From the NCBI GenBank assembly GCA_963752595.1, contig CAVVYZ010000013.1, forward strand, positions 32,001 to 96,000: DNA of 64,000 bases. Direction: 5' to 3'. A program made the position numbers and the translations under genes. Positions within the stretch are counted from its first letter, which is position 1, and each line of letters starts with the position of its first letter. Of the stretch, positions 52,467 to 61,908 are shown one piece after another. The notes under the pieces were generated by a model, which saw nothing but the letters and a program-made list of their open reading frames with translations, was not told the origin of the DNA and made no database searches. The DNA comes from an uncultured delta proteobacterium (GTDB taxonomy: Bacteria; Desulfobacterota; Desulfomonilia; UBA1062).

Positions 52467-54118
52467 TTACTCTTTACTTTCCGATGTCCTGAATTTCTGA
52501 ACATCCTGCGCGAGTACGGTTGCCACGGTGCGTAGGTTATCGAGCGTGCTCGCGAGTTCTTCCACGGTGGAGGCATTGTGCTGGGTGGTGCCGTCTATCT
52601 GGGAGATGGCCTTGCGTCAGCTCGCCGATGTTCTGCGTCTGCTCCGTACTGGATGTGCTGATCACCTCCATCATCCTGAAGAAGAACTCCATGCGCGACA
52701 TGAGCTCTTCCAGCGAAGGAGGAGGTCTTTTTCATCATCTCATCGCCGTTCTTGATCCGGCCCACCGTGCCTTCGATCAGGGCCTTGATCTCACGGGCAG
52801 CCTCTGCCGAACGCTGCGCCAGAGACCTCACCTCGCCCGCCACGACGGCGAACCCTTTCCCGTGCTCGCCTGCCCTGGCCGCCTCCACCGAGGCATTCAG
52901 GGCGAGCAGGTTCGTATGGAAGGCCACCTCGTTCACTGTCGAGACGATGTCACCTATCTTTCTGGAATCCTGGGATATCTCCTGGATGGCGTTCATCAAC
53001 TGCGCAAAGATATCCTTGCTGTGATCAATGAGTTTGGTAACGGCATTCGATGTCTCCTGCCCCTCATGGATGAGCTCGCCGTTGTGCTGGATCGTCCCGT
53101 TCATTTCCTCGATGGATGCCGAGATCTCCTCAACGGAGGCCGCCTGTTCCTGGGTCGCCTGGGAAAGGTCCTGAGAGCCCGCACTCACGTCCTCTATGGT
53201 CTGATGGAGCTCGAGAGAGGTCTGCCTCACATCATGGATGATCTGCTCGATATCATCCATGAAGGCATTGAACCAGAACGCGAGTTCGCCCACCTCGTTC
53301 AATCCCGTCACCTCGAGCCGCTTGGTGAGGTCGCCCTGTCCCTTGGCCACATCCTTGAGCATGAACGACATCCTGCCCACGGAAAGTTTGAGGCTCTTCA
53401 TGAGGAGATAACCGTTCAGCACTGTCATGATAACTGTCTGCACAATGATCAGGAAGAACCCTAACTGGATGGATTCCAGCTTCAGGCCGGTATAAATAGA
53501 CAGGTAAATGAGGCCCAGCAGGTTTCCGATGGGAGGGATTGCTATGAGAAGGATCGTAATCAGGAGCTTTCTGTTGAGGCTCATGCGGAACAACCGGACT
53601 TTACCGTCCAGGATCCCCTTGAGGTTACTCTGCATATAGAATGGAAACAGGCCGCTTTCCGATGCAAGATAGGTAAATGGCATAATGGAAAATGCAGTCA
53701 TGACGAGGGCATTTATTCCGAATGCTGCCTCGTTCATGTCGATGTGACCTCTCATGTAAAAGGGTATGACACTTATGATGATTGCGGCAAGAGACCACCT
53801 CAGGAAGACGATAACGGTCTCCGCTAACGGCAGGATGGCGGCGGAACTCACGGCACCCTGCAAATCACCGGACCTTGAAGTGCCATTGTCCATGACCTCA
53901 ATGGCGGGCTTGACAAGAATATATTTTACCAGAAATCCCAATATAAACCCGACCGTAGCTGTGGTTGATGCAAGGATGGCAGCTTCGAGGAGATTAGCCC
54001 TGAACCCGGGGATTGCATTCATAAAAATGAAATAAATAAGGGGGACAAGTACCAGGGCGGATACGGATTCCTGATATATAAACGGTTTTACGAACAGGAC
54101 TTTTGAATTCTCTGTCAT
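52467..54118 (-). CDS. Methyl-accepting chemotaxis protein with a polytopic membrane N-terminus (3' frameshifts)
   Basis: About 6 TM segments, [44 protein letters not shown]. The tail [19 protein letters not shown] lies in a shifted frame. Confidence 0.88.
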
Positions 54119-54469
54119 GAATATCTCTTCCTTTCCCTGATAAATGAATGATGCGTGATGCTTGGGAGCATGAAATGAGTATCGGGTTTTTTTCAGGCAG
54201 ACTTAAAATGTATTGGAATTTATTTTCAAAGGATTATTTATATCATCTGTATCCAGGGGATCGAGGCTGGGCCTTACTATTTGCCTTTGGCTCTTTCCTG
54301 AGAGATTCAGGCAAAAAGCAAGGATCAAGCCACCTTCATATTCAATCGGATGATTCCCCTGAGTGCTTACTCACCTAGGCATTCTTCAGGCTGCAAAAAC
54401 CCCGGTGAAGGCGTACGGAGCCTGCCTTCATTTCCATGGTAGGTATACAGAAGCAGTATCGTGTTTATC

Positions 54470-55339
54470 TCATCGGAACGAAATAAGCTTGGCGCCGAGA
54501 TACACGCCTGCCCCTCCGGCCATGGCCCGCGTTGTTATGGGGAGCGGTTTGGAACGTAATGCCACAGGACCCAGCATGGGCTTGAGCTTATATCCTATCC
54601 TGATCCCTCGCGCCGCACCCGGAACAGCTTTTTCCAGGTCGGAATAACTCTGGGGCAAACCGCGTGCAAGGCCCGGCCATCCGTTCACCATATACGCCAT
54701 AACGTGAGGCGTCTTGTCTATCCCGCCCCGTACGACGCAGGCACCCTCCGGACTGGTCAGCTCCTCGAGTGCCCGATGGAGTGACGGAGCGTGCGTCCAC
54801 ATATTGTAGAACGACATGCGCCCCTCGCTGCTTATCACGTAGGTCGGGTGTGAAAGGCCGCCGTACACCTGGTGGACCCTGCCTTCGAGATCATCCACCA
54901 GCACGCGCCAGGGGATTTCTTCGGCATCCCGGTATCTCCGTGCATCCTCCATCTTCTGTTCATAGGTGTCATATGCCGGGGCCAGGGGGCCGGGGTGGGC
55001 CTGGCGGATGAAAACTTCCAGAAACTGTACCCTGTCGCCCCAGCTGCAGTACAGCTTTTTGAACGGCTCGACCGAGCCGATTGTAGCCGGTCAACTGATT
55101 GATCCGAAGCGCAGGAGCACCGGCTTGCCTCTGAGATCGCCGAGTCTGATCCTGTTTCCATCCGTATCCTCCAGCTCGAAATCAGGGACAGGACAGCCGG
55201 GGCCGATGCCCTTGCCGGCCATAGTCCTTCTGGCATCCATCATTGCATACGGCCTCAGGAAATGATCATAGTTGTATTCATCTATATCCTGTCGGTCTAT
55301 CATCTTGTCGAACAGTTCCGCTACCGTTCTCTGTTCCAT
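54470..55339 (-). CDS. Deiodinase-like thioredoxin-fold selenoprotein, 289 aa, Sec encoded by UGA at 55093-55091
   Basis: ORFs 55091-55339 and 54470-54952 are in the same frame, and the only stop between them is one TGA. Read-through gives PDFEL...GKPVLLRFGSIS-U-PAT...FLEVFIRQAHPG...LVDDLEG..H..YG...PTYVI. A SECIS-like hairpin follows the UGA. Confidence 0.88.
55062..55082 (-). promoter_or_regulatory. Bacterial SECIS-type hairpin
   Basis: mRNA reads UGA-CCGGCUACAAU-CGGCUC-GGUC-GAGCCG. The 6-bp stem starts 11 nt after the UGA, the apical loop begins with G, and the stem extends by AA/UU with a bulged U. Confidence 0.8.
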
Positions 55340-55515
55340 ATGTCCTCCCGGTTCCGGTAATGATTTTTTAAGGGAATGAGCAATACGTCATAGAGGAAAA
55401 GTAGAAAAAAACAGCCGGATCTCAATATGCGGCCGAAATTTCACATCGGGTTTTCAGCCGATGGGTTTTCAATGTGTGAGAGCCATGAGGGCCAAGGAAA
55501 TCAGCTCCCGGCAGG

Positions 55516-56682
55516 TCAACCGGCACGCTTATCCAGGGCTTTTTTCATCCGGTCCAGACCCTCGGCAAGAATGCTGCGGGGACAGCCGAAGTTGAGGCGC
55601 ACAAAGCCCGGCATGCCGAAATCCGCGCCGCTGGACAGGCCTACACCGCTATCTTCAAAGAAGGCTGCAGGGTCTTCCAATTCCAGCTCCCGGCAGTCGA
55701 TCCACGCCAGATAGGTAGCCTCGACGTGCCGCATGCTGATGCCGGGTGTCTTATCAACGAAATCTTCCACCAGGTCGCGGTTCTGCCTCAGGCAGGCAAT
55801 GAGTTCGAGCCGCCAGTCTTCGCAGTCACGGTATGCTGCCAGGGCAGCGGTGTAGCCCAAGGCGTTCACATGGGGTACGATCCCTTCCATAGCTTTTCTG
55901 AAACACGACCGTAATCCTTTGTCAGGTATGACGGCCAGGGAGCAGCCAAGGCCGGGGAGGTTGTAGGTCTTGCTCGGTGCAAGCAGCGTAATGGTCTGCC
56001 TTGCGAAATCCTTATCCATCGCCGCAAGGGAAACGTGCCGAGCATCGTTGTCGAGGACAAGCCCGCAGTGGATCTCATCCGAGCAGACAACAGCCCCGCG
56101 GCTCATGCAGATCTTTGCAAGGCGTTCAAGCTCTGCGGGGGTGAATACACGGCCGGTAGGGTTCTGCGGGTTGCAGAGCAGGAACATCTTCGTGCGCTTT
56201 GTAAAAGCCTGCTCGATGCCTTCAAAATCAAAGGCGTATCCGTTGCGTTCACCGATATGGGCCACGGTGATCAGTGTGCGCCCGGAGAGTACAGGCGCGC
56301 TCAGGAAAGGGGGATAGGCGGGGATAGTGGTCATGACCGCATTCCCTGGTTCGCCGACGGACCGGCAGGCGACGTTGATGCCGGTCACAAGCCCGGGGAG
56401 CCAGACGATCCATTCAGGCTCGGCCTTCCAGGAGTGTGTCCTTTCCAGCAGAGCCAGGACTTCATCCACGAGGCCGTCCGGCGGCAGCGTGTAGCCGAAT
56501 ATGCCGTGGTCGATGTGCCTGTGCAGGGCAGCGATGACGGCAGGCGGCGCCTTGAAGTCCATATCCGCAACCCACAGGGGGATGATGTCCCTGCCTTTAT
56601 ATCTGTCCCACTTCAGGCTCCCGGTATTCCGGCGGTCCACGGGGGTATCGAAGTCAAAGAGTGTCTCAATCCGTCTTGCCAT
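55516..56682 (-). CDS. patB: MalY/PatB-family PLP-dependent C-S lyase
   Basis: SLKWD, PLWVADMDF, LCNPQNPTG, SDEIH, APSKTYN, ATYLAWID, RLNFGCP. Confidence 0.93.
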   Translation of the reverse strand: MARRIETLFDFDTPVDRRNTGSLKWDRYKGRDIIPLWVADMDFKAPPAVIAALHRHIDHGIFGYTLPPDGLVDEVLALLERTHSWKAEPEWIVWLPGLVTGINVACRSVGEPGNAVMTTIPAYPPFLSAPVLSGRTLITVAHIGERNGYAFDFEGIEQAFTKRTKMFLLCNPQNPTGRVFTPAELERLAKICMSRGAVVCSDEIHCGLVLDNDARHVSLAAMDKDFARQTITLLAPSKTYNLPGLGCSLAVIPDKGLRSCFRKAMEGIVPHVNALGYTAALAAYRDCEDWRLELIACLRQNRDLVEDFVDKTPGISMRHVEATYLAWIDCRELELEDPAAFFEDSGVGLSSGADFGMPGFVRLNFGCPRSILAEGLDRMKKALDKRAG

Positions 56683-56782
56683 AATACACGCAGGTAGGCT
56701 GTGCAGGATAAAACGGGGCAAGGGCCTGTCCGTCCGGCACCGGCTCATGCCCCGTTTTACGCTGCAGTATCTTTAAAAGGCG

Positions 56783-57733
56783 TTATTTTGCCCCGCCTGC
56801 TTCCGGCATCCGGCCGGGAGCAACAGGAGGCAAACCCGGCTCGGGCATGGGCTGGCTATTCGCTGCTTCTGCCTCTGCCTTCTTGAAATAATCCTCATTG
56901 ATCGTGACAGGGGTAGTCTTCTTTATCTGCTCGATGAGGGTTTTGACAGCTTCCTCGCCCTTCCGGCTCCGGATCTGTCGCTCGATGGTTTCCCGTGCTT
57001 CGGTGATATCCACCTGCCCTCCGGCATCCACATCGTCACACATGATGATGTGATAGCCGAAGGAGGTTTTGACAACGCCACTCATTTTTCCTTTTTTGAG
57101 GGCAAACGCAGCCTTCTCGAATTCGGGAACCATCATCCCTTTTGTTGCCCAGCCCAGATCTCCTCCCTGCTGGGCAGACGGGCACTTGGATTTTTCCTGG
57201 GCAAGTTTCGAGAAATCTCCGCCTTTTTTCAACCGGGCAAGGATTGTCTTGGCCTCGGGCTCGCTTGCGACAAGGATGTGGCGAAGCTTTACCCTGGGTC
57301 CTGTGGTGAATTTCTCTTTATTCTCATTATAGAACTTGGATGCCTCTTCATCGCTGACCTTGATCTGTTCAAAAGATGATTCGGCAAGCCCCCTTGCCAG
57401 GATCTGATCGCCCATGAAATCAAGCTTGCGTTTCATGTCCGGTTTTTTATCCAAGCCCTTTTTCTTTGCCTCGATAGCCATCACCTTGATCTCGGTAAGG
57501 CTGGCAACGAACTCTCTCTTTCCTTCAGGGGAGGTATACCGGGCTCGGGCCTGCTCGGGTAGCTGTGAAAGGAGCGCATCGACATCGGTATCCATGATCT
57601 TCTCACCCCCGACCGTTGCCACGACGTGAGTCTTGTCCGCAACACCGTCTCCGGCGGCAGAAGCGCTCTTTTCCTTGGTACAGCTCGCCATAGCCAGTAC
57701 AAGCATCATTCCCAACACTATAAATTTTTTCAC
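56783..57733 (-). CDS. PpiC/parvulin-type peptidyl-prolyl isomerase lipoprotein
   Basis: Lipobox-like MASC, RHILV, GGDLGW, MVPEFE, FGYHII. Probable GTG start. Confidence 0.92.
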   Translation of the reverse strand: MKKFIVLGMMLVLAMASCTKEKSASAAGDGVADKTHVVATVGGEKIMDTDVDALLSQLPEQARARYTSPEGKREFVASLTEIKVMAIEAKKKGLDKKPDMKRKLDFMGDQILARGLAESSFEQIKVSDEEASKFYNENKEKFTTGPRVKLRHILVASEPEAKTILARLKKGGDFSKLAQEKSKCPSAQQGGDLGWATKGMMVPEFEKAAFALKKGKMSGVVKTSFGYHIIMCDDVDAGGQVDITEARETIERQIRSRKGEEAVKTLIEQIKKTTPVTINEDYFKKAEAEAANSQPMPEPGLPPVAPGRMPEAGGAK

Positions 57734-57870
57734 TAAGGTCTCCTTTTGGGCAATATTCATGATGGAGTCCCTGTAGCATACACCGGCTATGAACGGGAAA
57801 GGAAAAAAGCAGGGATAAAAAAGAGAGCGGGGAGACAGATATATCCGCCCCGTTCATCCCGGGCTCAAAC

Positions 57871-58521
57871 CTACTTGAACTGCTCCATGAAGGCGCTTAC
57901 CTTGAGTCTGAATGCATTGAATTCCAGGCGCAATGCCTTGAGCTCCTCTTTGAGTTCTGCTGTCCCTGGAGGTTCCTCCCGGGCAGGAGTGCCGTCCGAT
58001 GCAGAAGGGCTGAACCTCTCTCCCTGTACATCCTCCGGAATGCCGGACAGGAGATGGGCATAGCGGGACTCTTTCTGTCCGGGCATGCGGGGGGCCTTCA
58101 TGACATACCCGGCTTCTATCAGGTCGTTCAGCGTTTCATCGACACTTTCCAGGTCGGCAAATTCGTGGAGCCGCTCGGTGTGAGCCTTGATTTCCCCTAT
58201 GGTCTGGGGTCCCCTCAGCATCAGCATGCAGAGCACTGACGCCTCGCTGTTGATCAGTTTGTTATTCTTTACAAGCCACTGCTCATACTTGGGCACCCGG
58301 CCGGAATCGCTTTTCCATACCAGGCGCTTTTCCTGCAGCCTGACCAGGACGCCAAGCACGAGCTTCTCATCATAGGAGACTACCGGAAACCGGCTTGTCT
58401 TCTGATTGCACGCATTGAGCAGTGCGTTCAGGGTAAGGGGATAGTACTCCGGGGTGGTCATCTCTTTTTCCAGCAGGCTGCCCAACACCCTGACCTCTTC
58501 GTGTGTAAGCGTGATATCCAT
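57871..58521 (-). CDS. yceH: YceH (DUF480) family protein
   Basis: RVLGSLLEKEMTTPEYYPLTLNAL..ACNQK, LRGPQT.GE, ESRYAHLL. Confidence 0.93.
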   Translation of the reverse strand: MDITLTHEEVRVLGSLLEKEMTTPEYYPLTLNALLNACNQKTSRFPVVSYDEKLVLGVLVRLQEKRLVWKSDSGRVPKYEQWLVKNNKLINSEASVLCMLMLRGPQTIGEIKAHTERLHEFADLESVDETLNDLIEAGYVMKAPRMPGQKESRYAHLLSGIPEDVQGERFSPSASDGTPAREEPPGTAELKEELKALRLEFNAFRLKVSAFMEQFK

Positions 58522-58559
58522 ACGATCTCCTCGATCCGGTAAACGACGTGACCGGGCTA

Positions 58560-59204
58560 TTACCATGGCTCCAGATAATACAAAGGATTATCAGTCTCGC
58601 CGTTGATGTATACTTCAAAATGCAGGTGAGGTCCGGTGGATGCCCCTGTACTGCCCGACAGCGCAACCACTTCTCCCATCCTCACAGGGCAGCCTTTGGT
58701 CACAAGGCTCTCCCGGAGATGCCCGTATAACGACTGCAGGCCGTCACTATGCTGAATCCTCAGGACATTCCCGGCCCATTTATCTTTCCGCACCTCGATC
58801 ACCACTCCGTCTTCCACTGCAAATACGAGAGAACCCCGGGGAGCGCCGAAGTCGACCGCCCGGTGCCCCTTTGAATATTCATTGGTGATGAGCGTGGTTT
58901 CCACGGGACGGAGCAGGTAGCCGTCCGGGTTTTTCCTGCTGTAGGCGCATCGCCTGCATTTCTCCACCCATCTGATGTTGTCCCTTGCCCCGCATTGAGG
59001 ACATGACCACACGCAATCTCTTTGGCCTTCGCACCACCAGGATGCATCATAGTGCCCGGCGGCGTCTTCGCGTCCGCACGACGTGCACATCTTCCTGCCG
59101 GAAAAGCCGGGATACAGGGATCGGGCAAAGTCGTATGCATCCGGCTGCGAAAACAGGCCGAATACGAGAATGCAGGCAGCGAAAACGCCGAGCAGGGTTT
59201 TCAT
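58560..59204 (-). CDS. M23-family metallopeptidase with a Cys-rich N-terminal domain
   Basis: HRAVD, YGHL, GASTGPHLHFEV. A signal peptide is followed by CTSC, CPQC, CRRC and two more Cys. Confidence 0.88.
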   Translation of the reverse strand: MKTLLGVFAACILVFGLFSQPDAYDFARSLYPGFSGRKMCTSCGREDAAGHYDASWWCEGQRDCVWSCPQCGARDNIRWVEKCRRCAYSRKNPDGYLLRPVETTLITNEYSKGHRAVDFGAPRGSLVFAVEDGVVIEVRKDKWAGNVLRIQHSDGLQSLYGHLRESLVTKGCPVRMGEVVALSGSTGASTGPHLHFEVYINGETDNPLYYLEPW

Positions 59205-59520
59205 GTGAGCAAGACCGGTTTTTCTCCTCATACGCCCTGTTGGATATTTCTCCTTTAAGGATTAACCGCAATCATCTCTTAGGATGGCCGGGGGATCAAG
59301 CCTTTTTCTTACCTGTCCAAAGGTGCGGTCATTTCGTCTTTTCCTGGATGATGGTTTCACCCTGCTCGATGATATGGATGCTCCGTTGATAAAAACAATT
59401 GCCGGCCATTCTTTTCAAGAGAGGGCTTCCATTCAGCAGAATGGACCGTATTAAGAATACAAGGATATTTAAAAAGACATTTTCTCGGACTAGGACGAGA
59501 AACACACAAGGAGGGGATAT

Positions 59521-60111
59521 ATGATTGGATTGCCGGATTTACCATATGGCAAGAATGCTCTTGAGCCGACGATTAGTGCCAAGACCCTGGAGTTTCATCA
59601 CGATAAGCATCACAAGGCGTACGTGGACACCGCGAACAAGCTCATAACAGGGACGGACCTGGAAAAGGAATCGCTGGAGACTATTATACGCAAGGTTGCC
59701 GGCGACCAGTCAAAGGTGACGCTTTTCAATAATGCAGCCCAGGTCTGGAATCATAGCTTCTACTGGCAGTGCCTCAAGCCGGGAGGCGGCGGTGCGCCGG
59801 CCGGCACCGTCGGCTCGAAGATCACCTCGATCTGGGGCAGCGCCGGGAAGTTTTTCGAAGAACTGAAGAATGCCGGAGTCACGCAGTTCGGCAGCGGGTG
59901 GGCATGGCTGGTGCTCGAAGGCGGCGAGCTCAAGATTACCAAGACCGCCAATGCCGACACCCCGCTCGTACACGGGCAAAAGCCCCTGCTGACCATCGAT
60001 GTGTGGGAGCATGCCTATTATCTCGACTACCAGAACCGGAGGCCGGACTACCTTTCAGCCGTAATCGAAAAGCTCATAAACTGGGACTTCGTGAATTCCT
60101 GCATGAGATAG
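59521..60111 (+). CDS. sodB: Fe superoxide dismutase
   Basis: HHDKHH, Fe-type NNAAQVWNH, DVWEHAYY. Confidence 0.95.
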   Translation: MIGLPDLPYGKNALEPTISAKTLEFHHDKHHKAYVDTANKLITGTDLEKESLETIIRKVAGDQSKVTLFNNAAQVWNHSFYWQCLKPGGGGAPAGTVGSKITSIWGSAGKFFEELKNAGVTQFGSGWAWLVLEGGELKITKTANADTPLVHGQKPLLTIDVWEHAYYLDYQNRRPDYLSAVIEKLINWDFVNSCMR

Positions 60112-60270
60112 TGGGCGGGGCTCTTGTCCCGGCCCGGCCGTATTCTTTTGCAAAGAATGCGGGTTTTGTTCCGATGCCTGACAGGCATCCATGTTTGTCT
60201 CACTGCTTTTACAGGCCTGCGATAAAATGTCTGGTGACATCGTGCGGATAAGGTATTAAAGAGACAGGCA

Positions 60271-61041
60271 ATGAGATCTTCCGAAGTTCCCTCAGCAGCG
60301 GGCGTGCTCTCCGTAACGGAGCTGTGCAAGCAGTACGGCGATACTATAGCTGTTGACGGTATCTCGTTCGCTGTGGGCGCCCGTGAGATCGTCGGGCTCC
60401 TGGGGCCGAACGGGGCAGGGAAGACCACGACCATCAACATGGTTCTGGGCGTATTGGAGCCGAGCTCAGGCAGCATCCGCATCGAAGGTACGGACATCCG
60501 GGAGAACCGCTCCCGGGCTCTCGAACGCACGAACTTCGCAGCCGTTTACGCCCCGCTTCCCGGGAACCTGACCGTGCAGCAGAACCTGCGGATCTTCGGC
60601 CTCATGTACGGGGTGGCCGATCTCCCGGCGCGCATCGAAGAGATGCTCAGGCAGTTCGATCTTGCGGCCTTCCGGCATACGAAGTGCGGCGTGCTCTCTT
60701 CGGGAGAGCAGACGCGCGTAGGCCTTGCCAAAGCCATGATCAACCGCCCGAATCTCCTTCTCCTGGACGAGCCGACGGCATCGCTCGACCCCTCAACAGC
60801 CCGTGAAATCCGCATGAAGATCCGCGAATTTATCGCACAGGGAACGGGTGGCGTGCTGTGGACTTCGCACAACATGTACGAGGTGGAAGAGGTCTGCGAC
60901 CGCGTGCTCTTCCTTTCCCGAGGAAAGATCCTCCTCGAAGGAGACCCCAAAACCCTGCCGGCCGAGCACGGCAAAGAGAATCTCGAAGAGCTTTTCATCG
61001 CCGTGGCGCGCGAGCCGCTCACGTTCGGGGAGGGCCTTTAG
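60271..61041 (+). CDS. ABC-2 exporter ATP-binding protein
   Basis: GPNGAGKTT, LSSGE, LDEPTASLD, TSH. Confidence 0.93.
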   Translation: MRSSEVPSAAGVLSVTELCKQYGDTIAVDGISFAVGAREIVGLLGPNGAGKTTTINMVLGVLEPSSGSIRIEGTDIRENRSRALERTNFAAVYAPLPGNLTVQQNLRIFGLMYGVADLPARIEEMLRQFDLAAFRHTKCGVLSSGEQTRVGLAKAMINRPNLLLLDEPTASLDPSTAREIRMKIREFIAQGTGGVLWTSHNMYEVEEVCDRVLFLSRGKILLEGDPKTLPAEHGKENLEELFIAVAREPLTFGEGL

Positions 61042-61044
61042 GCC

Positions 61045-61848
61045 GTGAATGCAGGGCGCGTCTTTGCCATCGTGCTTCGCCAGTTCTATCTCTTGCGCGG
61101 GAGCTTCTCCCGTGTCATGCCGCTTTTTGCCTGGGTCGCAATCGACATCATCCTCTGGGGATTCATCACGAAATTTCTCAATACCGTCACGGCGGGCGGC
61201 TTCAATTTCGTGCCCATGCTGCTTGGGGCCGTTCTCCTCTGGGACTTTTTCATCAGGGTCATGCAGGGGGTGACCATGGCGTTCTTCGAAGATGTCTGGT
61301 CGCGAAACTTTCTCAATTTCTTTGCAACGCCGCTTTCCATATCCGAGTATGTGGGCGGCCTCGTGCTGACGAGCATTGCAACGAGCTCATTGGCGCTTGT
61401 GGTGATGCTCGTCCTGGCCACCGCGGTTTTCGGCCTTTCCTTCTTTCTCTACGGCCTCATGCTCATCCCGTTTCTTCTCGTGCTGTTCCTGTTCGGCATT
61501 GCGCTCGGCATCTTCGCGAGCGCCATGGTGCTCCGGCTCGGGCCGTCGGCAGAATGGTTCGTCTGGCCTGTCCCCGCGCTCCTCTCGCCGTTTGCGGGGG
61601 TGTTCTACCCGCTCTCGACGCTGCCGCAGTGGATGCAGTATGTCTCGCACCTGCTCCCGCCCGCATACGTGTTCGAGGGCATGCGGGCGATCGTCTTCGG
61701 CAAACCGGCATCAGTATCCGGGCTGCTGTTGGGCGCCTGCCTCGCTGTCCTGTACATATTCCTTGCGAGCCGTTTCTTTGCCCGAACCTACCGTCACGCC
61801 GTGCGTACCGGCCTCATCGCCCGCTATAGCGCAGAAAGCCTGAGCTAG
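61045..61848 (+). CDS. ABC-2 exporter permease
   Basis: About 6 TM segments, FFEDVWSRN..N.FATP, FYP...LP. Directly follows the ATPase. Confidence 0.9.
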   Translation: MNAGRVFAIVLRQFYLLRGSFSRVMPLFAWVAIDIILWGFITKFLNTVTAGGFNFVPMLLGAVLLWDFFIRVMQGVTMAFFEDVWSRNFLNFFATPLSISEYVGGLVLTSIATSSLALVVMLVLATAVFGLSFFLYGLMLIPFLLVLFLFGIALGIFASAMVLRLGPSAEWFVWPVPALLSPFAGVFYPLSTLPQWMQYVSHLLPPAYVFEGMRAIVFGKPASVSGLLLGACLAVLYIFLASRFFARTYRHAVRTGLIARYSAESLS

Positions 61849-61908
61849 CACGCAGGTGATGAAGCAATACGGAACCAGCCCTGGATAGTCGAACTAGAGT
61901 TCAACCAC

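Noticed and set aside
54241-54430. Hairpins and a CTCTCAGG/GAAGG-containing segment upstream of the MCP, resembling a glycine or c-di-GMP riboswitch
   Set aside because: The conserved cores (GGAGA...CCGAAG, or the GEMM GNRA/receptor architecture) could not be assembled by eye. It would need an Rfam scan.
59386-59400. FNR-like site TTGATAAAAACAA upstream of sodB
   Set aside because: The second half-site and spacing deviate from TTGAT-N4-ATCAA, so it is too weak to call.
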